From Methylophilaceae bacterium (lineage in GTDB: Bacteria; Pseudomonadota; Gammaproteobacteria; Burkholderiales; Methylophilaceae), in assembly GCA_043774925.1 (NCBI GenBank), contig JAYVSZ010000015.1, positions 5,031 to 69,030 of the forward strand: 64,000 bases of DNA. The letters are read 5' to 3'. This document shows, one piece after another, positions 19,964 through 26,583 of the stretch (its first letter is position 1; each line of letters opens with the position of its first letter). The notes under the pieces were generated by a model that did not search any database, was not told where the DNA came from, and saw only the letters and a list, made by a program, of their open reading frames with translations. A program made the position numbers and the translations under genes.

Positions 19964-20029
19964 TGTAGGAGCGCAATTTATTGCGCGATTATCTCTACAT
20001 TATTTCGCGCAATAAATTGCGCTCCTACA
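19964..20029. repeat. 25-bp perfect inverted repeat with 16-nt loop in the pqqC-pqqD spacer
   Basis: TGTAGGAGCGCAATTTATTGCGCGA (19964-19988) and its exact reverse complement (20005-20029). Each arm contains the sub-palindrome GCGCAAT-TT-ATTGCGC. Confidence 0.85.
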
Positions 20030-20034
20030 TAAAA

Positions 20035-20793
20035 TTAATCAATCTTAATCACTGGCTGGCGAAGGTAATCGCGCCCTTCCACTTTAATTTCCGTCGAAGC
20101 GAGCATGATCGAATCGGCAATCACCCATAAAACATTCAACTTAAATTGCAAAATATCCAGCGCACGCATTTGCATCTCGCGGCTTGTACTAAAATAATCC
20201 AGCGTGACGCCCAAGCCTTGCTCCACGTCGCGGCGCGCTTCGGTGAGGCGCTTTTTAAAGTAGCTTAGCCCTTCTTCTTTAATCCACGGGTACATTTGCG
20301 GCCAAGAGCTAATGCGCTGCTGATGAATGTGCGGCGCGAACAGCTCGGTGAGACTAGAGCACACGCTTTCTTGCCACGGGCGTTGTTTGGCGAAGTTAAT
20401 ATAAGCATCTACCGCAAAGCGCACGCCAGGGCTCACCATTTCTAGCGAAGTCACTTGCGCGCGCGTCAGCCCCACCGCGTTGCCAAGCTGAATCCATGCC
20501 TCAATGCCGCCCACATTTTCACCCACGCCGTCATGGTCGGTGATGCGCACAATCCATTGTTTGCGCACTTCAACATCGGGGCAGTTGGACAAAATCGCGC
20601 CATCTTTCATGGGAATGGCGATTTGATAATAAAAACGATTCGCCACCCAACTTTGCAGCTGCTCTTTGCTCAATTGGCCTTCGTACATCATCACATGGAA
20701 CGGATGATAAATGTGGTAGCCCTTGCCTTTTTCGCGCAGTTTTTCTTCAAATTCGGCGCGCGACCAAGGCGCTAATGGTGTTGCTTTTGTCAT
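20035..20793 (-). CDS. pqqC: pyrroloquinoline-quinone synthase PqqC
   Basis: 252 aa. [25 protein letters not shown] and WIQL motifs. Confidence 0.95.
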   Translation of the reverse strand: MTKATPLAPWSRAEFEEKLREKGKGYHIYHPFHVMMYEGQLSKEQLQSWVANRFYYQIAIPMKDGAILSNCPDVEVRKQWIVRITDHDGVGENVGGIEAWIQLGNAVGLTRAQVTSLEMVSPGVRFAVDAYINFAKQRPWQESVCSSLTELFAPHIHQQRISSWPQMYPWIKEEGLSYFKKRLTEARRDVEQGLGVTLDYFSTSREMQMRALDILQFKLNVLWVIADSIMLASTEIKVEGRDYLRQPVIKID

Positions 20794-20915
20794 CGTTTTA
20801 AACCTTCAAATTATCCTATGTTGTTACCATGCCTCTGCAAGCCAATATCCACGCGGTTCTCAGAGGCATTATTTGCGCTCGAGCTTATATAACTTAAAAA
20901 TATCGATTTTTTTAC

Positions 20916-21833
20916 TTATAAGATGATGTCCATACCGTCATACGCGACTTCTATACCATGCTGAGTTAGAATCGCGCGCTCGGCAGAATCTTCGCGCAAA
21001 ATTGGGTTGGTGTTGTTGATATGAATCAATATTTTTCTGACATCACCAAATTTATCGAGTTCCTCGATCATGCCGCCCTCGCCCGACTGCGGATTGTGGC
21101 CGATGCTGCGCGCGGTTTTCGTCATTAAACCCATGTCAGCCATTTCAGTGTTGGTCCAAAACGTGCCATCCACCATAATGCAGTCGGCTTGATTCATCAG
21201 CACTGGCAAATGTGGCTCAATTTCGGCCAAGCCTGGCGAATACCAGCATTTTTTGCCAGATGAAATTTCTTCAATCAGCACGCCAATAGTATCACCGGGC
21301 TGCGGGTTGTTGCGGTGCGGAGAATAAGGCGGTGCGGCGCTTTTAAGCGCAACAGTGGTAAAGCGCAAATTCGGCACATTGGGGATTTCAAAGCTTGTTT
21401 TGCCGTCTATCGGCACTTGGTGGTAATTAATGCCGCAATAATGGCCGAGAATATTCAGCACTTGGTTGCCCGTCGTCAGGTCTTCATAGACCATATCCGT
21501 GCAGTAAATTTCGCGTTTTACTTTACCCTCACGTAGCATAAACAAACCTGTCGTGTGGTCAATTTGCGCGTCAATTAGCACAATCGCTTGAATGCCAGAA
21601 TCGCGAATATTTCTGCTTGGTTGCAAAGGCGCAAAATCTTGAATTTGTTGCAATACGTCGGGCGAAGCATTAAACAGCACCCAATCTACGCCGTTACCGC
21701 TGACGCAAATGGAAGATTGTGTGCGTTTGGTGGCTTTAATAGTACCTTTACGCAGCCCATCGCAATTGGGGCAATTGCAGTTCCATTGCGGGAATCCGCC
21801 ACCCGCGGCAGCGCCTAGTACGTGTATGTGCAT
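20916..21833 (-). CDS. pqqB: PQQ biosynthesis protein PqqB (metallo-beta-lactamase fold)
   Basis: MHIHVLGAAAGGGFPQWNCNCPNC is the canonical PqqB N-terminus. The track's longer ORF (to 21938) runs through the pqqA terminator. Confidence 0.93.
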   Translation of the reverse strand: MHIHVLGAAAGGGFPQWNCNCPNCDGLRKGTIKATKRTQSSICVSGNGVDWVLFNASPDVLQQIQDFAPLQPSRNIRDSGIQAIVLIDAQIDHTTGLFMLREGKVKREIYCTDMVYEDLTTGNQVLNILGHYCGINYHQVPIDGKTSFEIPNVPNLRFTTVALKSAAPPYSPHRNNPQPGDTIGVLIEEISSGKKCWYSPGLAEIEPHLPVLMNQADCIMVDGTFWTNTEMADMGLMTKTARSIGHNPQSGEGGMIEELDKFGDVRKILIHINNTNPILREDSAERAILTQHGIEVAYDGMDIIL

Positions 21834-21940
21834 GAGATTCTTTAGAATGTTTAATGAATGCTGAATTTTACTCTTTAACGAGTAAAATACGGATGTAAAA
21901 AACTGTGTATTAAGTTTAAATAGCCGCTTTTTATACAAAA

Positions 21941-21962
21941 AAGGCTGCCATGTGGCAGCCTT
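21941..21962 (-). terminator. stem-loop with U-tract between pqqA and pqqB (terminator/attenuator)
   Basis: On the minus strand, AAGGCTGCC-acat-GGCAGCCTT followed by TTTTTGTAT, 14 nt after the pqqA stop. Confidence 0.75.
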
Positions 21963-21976
21963 TACAGAACAAAAAA

Positions 21977-22048
21977 TTATTTGTTCATTACGTACATTGT
22001 TACTTCAAAGCCAAAACGCATTTCAGTAGCTGCTGGAGTTGTCCACAT
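21977..22048 (-). CDS. pqqA: PQQ precursor peptide PqqA (23 aa; below ORF-track cutoff)
   Basis: My translation is MWTTPAATEMRFGFEVTMYVMNK, with the conserved E-x-x-x-Y (EVTMY) cross-link residues. AAGGA Shine-Dalgarno. Immediately upstream of pqqB. Confidence 0.9.
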   Translation of the reverse strand: MWTTPAATEMRFGFEVTMYVMNK

Positions 22049-22166
22049 GATAAATTTCCTTAGTAGTTAACCGTTGCAAACATTACAACGTGAACACATT
22101 GTGCCAGCTTTCTAAACCCTACAATACTGCAATTTACCTGAATTTAACTAAGTAAATTCATGAGGC

Positions 22167-23024
22167 TTAAAAGTAATACTTAAGGGTCAGGCCGCCACCC
22201 ACATCTGGGTTGGCATCGCTAAGACCGCCATAAAGCACGGCACTGAGCTTGTAGTTGTTATTAATATAATGAGAGCCATAAATTGATAGCTCTTGCGGTT
22301 TTGGCGAGCCGCTCACAGAGGCCGTTGCCCAGTCGTAAGATACGCCAACTTCGGTATCTTTAGAAAAATTATAGCCGCCGCCTAATGAGCCATAGACCAC
22401 ATTCTTGTAATTTACGCCGCTGGGCTCACCCAGAAACTTGTAACCCAAACCCAGCGAGGCGTACATTGGGCCAAAGTTCTTATCAATATTGGTTTGAATA
22501 GCGTAATCGTTCTCGCCAGAGCCCAAGCCTCGTGTATCGCTGGCAGTGCCAAACTTGATGCGCCCAGTGAAATCAACAACAAAGCCTTGGTCACCGCCAT
22601 CATAAGCTTGATATGTAGCAGCCGCAACAATATCACCTAAACCAGATTCGGTTGTTCTTACATTCGTTGCTGTAGTTGTTGAAGGTGTAGTTGTAGTAAT
22701 TGTTTGTGGGTTTGTACATGCGCCAGTACCACGTTTGCGGCAATCTGCCCCCGTGCTGATAGTTGAAGTTGAGCTTGAGCCACTAAAACCGCTTGGTACA
22801 ACGCTGCCATTACCAGTCACACGAATCCAAGGAACAGTCACTTTATAGGTGAACGCCCCCGTTCGATAAGACGCAGCTAAGGGCACATACCAAACATCTG
22901 TAGAATCACTTGTGCCATATTTGCCGGTTGAGTAATCAGCCCCTATAGAAGCACTAAAGCCATCAGCGTAAGCATTTGTTGCTAGTAAAGTTGCAGCTAT
23001 CAATAGCTGTTTGATTAAACGCAT
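22167..23024 (-). CDS. outer-membrane beta-barrel protein (resembles the MetA-pathway/'transporter' OMP family)
   Basis: Signal peptide ending AYA. WYVPLAASYRTGAFTYKVTVPWIRVTG motif, alternating beta pattern, terminal KYYF. Inserted Thr-rich loop with two Cys. Confidence 0.55.
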   Translation of the reverse strand: MRLIKQLLIAATLLATNAYADGFSASIGADYSTGKYGTSDSTDVWYVPLAASYRTGAFTYKVTVPWIRVTGNGSVVPSGFSGSSSTSTISTGADCRKRGTGACTNPQTITTTTPSTTTATNVRTTESGLGDIVAAATYQAYDGGDQGFVVDFTGRIKFGTASDTRGLGSGENDYAIQTNIDKNFGPMYASLGLGYKFLGEPSGVNYKNVVYGSLGGGYNFSKDTEVGVSYDWATASVSGSPKPQELSIYGSHYINNNYKLSAVLYGGLSDANPDVGGGLTLKYYF

Positions 23025-23041
23025 ATTATCTCCTAATGTTG

Positions 23042-24601
23042 TTATTTATACTTACCGCTACTACTGCCGCCGCCAGAACCGCCGCCACCAGGATGACTTG
23101 AGCCGCCGCCAGAGCCGCCACCCCCACTAGGGCGACTTGAGCCACCGCCTTGCGAACCGCCTATAGAACTACCGGAAGAGCCGCGTTCGCTAGCACCACT
23201 TCCAGACGAGCCAGTGGAGTCGTGTCCGCTGGCACCACTTCCGCCAGATGAGCCTTCACCAGATCTGCCATTCCCACTCGATGAACTCGATTCTGAAGTA
23301 TCTGAAGCGCCTGACGAACCAGAACTGCCCGACGCGCCTGACGTGTTTTCATTCTTGCCAGAACTGTCACTACCTTGCTTACTATTATCTTTGAATTGAA
23401 TATCAATATCAATACGATTGCCTTTTCTTTCGGATACTTTATCGGTTACCCATTGGCCTTTGTTGTTTCGGCGCAACTCAATTTTTACCAACTTATCTTT
23501 AAAGTTATCAAGTGATTCGCCTTGCGATACGCTCACTTCTGTGCCAGAAATTGATAAATGATTCTGCCCATCTTTGCGCACATAACCTTCCATAATTGCA
23601 CTATCCACAAGGTTTACGACGTTATTAATGGGTTGCGCTTCTATATGACTCGCCTGCAAAGTACCGTTATTCCAGCTACCCGCAACTTGCACCTCACTGC
23701 CCACTTTCACTTTTGCAAGCGTTTGTTTATCTGTCACATTCACTTTTGTGCCATTTACAATAAAGCCGTCGCGCGTCAACCCCGTAACCAAGCCAAGCGT
23801 ATTTGCATTAGCGCCGTCATTCACTAAATCGACCCGTGAAGCCACAATATTGCCATTAGCTAGGCGATAGCCACTTACACGCGCAACCGCATTCGGACTT
23901 GCATTTGCCAATTGACGCACAATGTTTTGATTGACATTTACCGTTTGACCCATCACGTTAATTTGCTGACGGGCAATATCCACGCCCTTAACAGGGCCGC
24001 TCACCGCGTTAAATAAGCCGATTGCACGCGCATGCAGCACACCGTTTACGCTGTTTACCTTAAGCATCACGGTCTTGCCCACGGCCAGATCTGCCAGTTT
24101 GGCTGTTTTGCCATTGTCGTATATGGGCGTAGCGCTTTCATATTGCACTTCTTCACCGTTTACGCAAATACTAGCAAAACCTGTTACGACGCCCATAATA
24201 CCCACTTCGCCCTCTGCATCTTGAGGTAATAATGCATACTCAGGCAACGAATCACCCGTACCGCCAATGCCGCCGCCTTTTGCAATCGGTGCGCCGGTGC
24301 CAGAAATGCCCCCTGTAGCCACTTTTGCACCTGTACCTGCAACACCGCCTTGAGCGACGGGCGAACCTGTCCCAGAAACGCCACCTTTAGCTACTGAAAT
24401 TCCTGTACCTGCCACACCACCTTCCGCAACAGCAGCGCCAGTGCCAGAAATGCCACCTTTAGCTGGCGCACCTGTGCCACTAATGCCACCGTCTAAACTA
24501 TAAGGATTAATCATGGATGCGGCAGAGCACGCACCTTCGCTACCCGCATGGGCATTAGCAGCAAATAATAAGCTTATGGCAATGATGGCGGCGCGAGGCA
24601 T
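23042..24601 (-). CDS. secreted multi-DUF5666-like (OB-type) repeat protein with N-terminal 12-aa Gly-rich repeats and C-terminal Ser/Gly low-complexity tail
   Basis: Signal peptide ...ANAHA. About 7 copies of GG(I/V)(S/A)GTGxxxAx. About 4 modules of the G.VT....F.VNG..V.V pattern. Last 114 aa are S/G-rich. TAATG overlap with the upstream gene. Confidence 0.6.
   Translation of the reverse strand: MPRAAIIAISLLFAANAHAGSEGACSAASMINPYSLDGGISGTGAPAKGGISGTGAAVAEGGVAGTGISVAKGGVSGTGSPVAQGGVAGTGAKVATGGISGTGAPIAKGGGIGGTGDSLPEYALLPQDAEGEVGIMGVVTGFASICVNGEEVQYESATPIYDNGKTAKLADLAVGKTVMLKVNSVNGVLHARAIGLFNAVSGPVKGVDIARQQINVMGQTVNVNQNIVRQLANASPNAVARVSGYRLANGNIVASRVDLVNDGANANTLGLVTGLTRDGFIVNGTKVNVTDKQTLAKVKVGSEVQVAGSWNNGTLQASHIEAQPINNVVNLVDSAIMEGYVRKDGQNHLSISGTEVSVSQGESLDNFKDKLVKIELRRNNKGQWVTDKVSERKGNRIDIDIQFKDNSKQGSDSSGKNENTSGASGSSGSSGASDTSESSSSSGNGRSGEGSSGGSGASGHDSTGSSGSGASERGSSGSSIGGSQGGGSSRPSGGGGSGGGSSHPGGGGSGGGSSSGKYK
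24254..24490 (-). repeat. in-frame tandem repeats of about 36 nt encoding GGISGTGAPxAK units
   Basis: Protein residues 38-116 form about 7 consecutive 11-12-aa units. Confidence 0.8.
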
Positions 24602-25521
24602 TACTGATCCCCTTTGCTTTTTGCATCGGTATCCGTATGCATCGGCTCGTGGTAAAAATAAATGCCGTAGGTCATGCGCAACTTGGGTTGGGCGGATTGG
24701 CTATCTTCCGCGTGACTATCTGCCACTTTAAACACCTCAGTTAATGTTTTCATGCCTTGTTTCTTCGCAAATTCACTAATTTCCTGAACACTTGCCATGC
24801 TCAGCTCGTCGTAGTACACACAACGCTCAAGAAAGCTGTTTTGTTGACCGAGCATATTAGAAACCGCCGCTTCGGCGTGATCATGCAGATTGTGCCCAAA
24901 GAAAAAGGCTTTTTCTTCAAACCCTTCTTGCGGAATAAACGCATCAGCCATGATATGTACTCTATTTTCTGCATCCACTGTTGCAAAGCCGAGCCGTAAC
25001 CATTCATCTAATACGGCTCTAGGATGAATATCTGTACTGACGCTACGCACCAAGCTTTCGAACGACTCTGTTTCGCCTGCAGAAGCCAACCTAGGTAAAG
25101 CTTTGGGTATGCCCTCTTTATTCAGGTATTTTGAGTCTGAGTTCCACAAAGCCATTATTTGCGAGCCAAGCGAAATATTCTCTGGCACCACCTCACCGAC
25201 CTCAGGCGAATATTCACGCAAACGACGCACATCCTTGCGATGCACGCCGCTAATCAAACTAATACGCGTATCCGTTGGTCGCTTGCCATCAATCATAAAT
25301 TCAGTATCCGACACTTCCACAAAAAGTGTTTTGAGCAAATCAATGGCAAATGTATAGCTTAAATCATTTGCTAGCATCAGCTTAATGAATGGCTTTAGCA
25401 CGCGCTTCATAGCGCTTGCGATTAATAATTGTTTTTTAGAGAAACTGTTTTCCATACTTGAAATAGTTAAGCATTTCACCCTTGAAACCATAGCATAACA
25501 AATAAAGGGATATTTTACCAT
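24601..25521 (-). CDS. orphan cytoplasmic protein with a putative helix-turn-helix (start uncertain: 25521, 25491 or 25455)
   Basis: No signal peptide. RISLISGVHRKDVRRL looks like an HTH. First gene of the operon, divergent from a small secreted-protein gene. I recall similarity to an uncharacterised DUF family (possibly DUF6502) but cannot verify it. Confidence 0.5.
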   Translation of the reverse strand: MVKYPFICYAMVSRVKCLTISSMENSFSKKQLLIASAMKRVLKPFIKLMLANDLSYTFAIDLLKTLFVEVSDTEFMIDGKRPTDTRISLISGVHRKDVRRLREYSPEVGEVVPENISLGSQIMALWNSDSKYLNKEGIPKALPRLASAGETESFESLVRSVSTDIHPRAVLDEWLRLGFATVDAENRVHIMADAFIPQEGFEEKAFFFGHNLHDHAEAAVSNMLGQQNSFLERCVYYDELSMASVQEISEFAKKQGMKTLTEVFKVADSHAEDSQSAQPKLRMTYGIYFYHEPMHTDTDAKSKGDQ

Positions 25522-25528
25522 TTATTTA

Positions 25529-25557
25529 TTGACTTGGGAAATTATCCCGAGTACTCT
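25529..25557 (+). promoter_or_regulatory. predicted sigma70 promoter (TTGACT-17 nt-TACTCT) with palindrome GGGAAATTATCCC in the spacer
   Basis: -35 at 25529-25534, palindrome at 25536-25548, -10 at 25552-25557. The architecture is paralogous to 26099-26127. Confidence 0.45.
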
Positions 25558-25609
25558 GTTGTTTCGGGGATTAAAGTTAATTTATCAAACCTCAATTAGG
25601 AGAAATATC

Positions 25610-25843
25610 ATGTTGAATCAAAAACTATTAGTAGCACTATTTAGCGCTGCACTTGCTTTGGCACCAAGCATCAGTTTTGCGCGTCAAGGCGCTGATGACG
25701 GACCAAACCATGAAGCGAATGAACACGCAGCAGGTCATGAAGCGAATGAACATGCGAGTGGCAATAACCAAGGTGGCGATAAACATGGCAGAAACCGCCG
25801 TGGCCGCGATAAAGATAATGTAATGCCAGTACCAGCACCTTAA
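25610..25843 (+). CDS. small secreted His/Asp/Arg-rich protein (77 aa)
   Basis: AGGAGA Shine-Dalgarno. Signal peptide MLNQKLLVALFSAALALAPSISFA. Mature part RQGADDGPNHEANEHAAGHEANEHASG... The track start at 25529 is a TTG inside the promoter. Confidence 0.6.
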   Translation: MLNQKLLVALFSAALALAPSISFARQGADDGPNHEANEHAAGHEANEHASGNNQGGDKHGRNRRGRDKDNVMPVPAP

Positions 25844-25866
25844 CGCGTCAATTAGTATTAAGTGCA

Positions 25867-25900
25867 ATCCCATCTGCCATTCAGCAGGTGGGATTTTTAG
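25867..25900 (+). terminator. Rho-independent terminator
   Basis: ATCCCATCTGC-cattca-GCAGGTGGGAT (one G-U pair) followed by TTTTTAGTTTTT. Confidence 0.65.
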
Positions 25901-26098
25901 TTTTTATTGTGTGTTTTGTGTCTACAGGCATCCTACTTGTTTTAATTTTTATGTAATTAGCTTAGTAATTTTTCTATATTAATTGACCTTATTTGTCTTT
26001 ACGCCCCAATTAGTACAATTAATCTTCATTTTTCAATGATTTAACTTGAACAAAAACAATTACTTATCAATTTACTTGAATTATTTTCAATTAAACTA

Positions 26099-26151
26099 TT
26101 GACACGGGAATATTTCCCGCTTAATATTCACATCAACGGGAATTAATCCCG
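26099..26151 (+). promoter_or_regulatory. predicted sigma70 promoter (TTGACA-17 nt-TAATAT) with two palindromic operator-like sites
   Basis: CGGGAATATTTCCCG (26105-26119) lies in the spacer. CGGGAATTAATCCCG (26137-26151) lies 9 nt after the -10. Confidence 0.5.
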
Positions 26152-26186
26152 TTTAATTAAGCAGGATAAACTTTAGGAGAATTATC

Positions 26187-26540
26187 ATGAATAGCAAAAA
26201 ATTAGTATTAAGTGCATTAGCAATCGCATTATTGACAACAGCAAGTTTGTCATTCTCACGTGAAGCATCTGAAGGCCCACGCGGTGCAGATCGTATTCAT
26301 AGTGGTACCCATAAAAATAGCGTTGATGCAGATGCTATGATGCTAGCGCGTCGTGGTGCGGATGATCCTGTCCCACATCCACGTGGTGAAGGCGCTGGTC
26401 ACCCTAACAGTGTTGACGTTAACGGTATGATATTAGCGCGTCGTGGTGCAGATGACCCAGTTGGTTCTGAGCGTCCAGGTGAAGTGCATGGACAAAAGCG
26501 CGGCGGTCGCAACAGTGTTGAAATTAGCACTTTAGCCTAA
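26187..26540 (+). CDS. small secreted protein built from three tandem RGAD(D)...NSV(D/E)...LA modules (117 aa)
   Basis: AGGAGA Shine-Dalgarno. Signal peptide ...ASLSFS. DNA-level duplication with a 90-nt period (AGCGCGTCGTGGTGC at 26344 and 26434). Confidence 0.65.
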   Translation: MNSKKLVLSALAIALLTTASLSFSREASEGPRGADRIHSGTHKNSVDADAMMLARRGADDPVPHPRGEGAGHPNSVDVNGMILARRGADDPVGSERPGEVHGQKRGGRNSVEISTLA

Positions 26541-26552
26541 GCCACAAGCAAT

Positions 26553-26583
26553 AAAAAAGCCGCAATTATTTGCGGCTTTTTTT
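26553..26583. terminator. bidirectional Rho-independent terminator (convergent with the DAHP synthase gene)
   Basis: AAAAAA-GCCGCAA-ttat-TTGCGGC-TTTTTTT. Confidence 0.75.

Noticed and set aside
21834-21938. 35-codon N-terminal extension of pqqB
   Set aside because: The extension runs into the pqqA terminator hairpin. MHIHVLGAAAGGGFPQWNC at 21833 is the conserved PqqB start.
22088-22107. Sigma54-like TGGCAC element upstream of pqqA (minus strand: CTGGCACAATGTGTTCAC)
   Set aside because: The -12 GC is missing at the required GG-N10-GC spacing (TC instead), so it does not fit the sigma54 consensus. The pqqA promoter remains unassigned.
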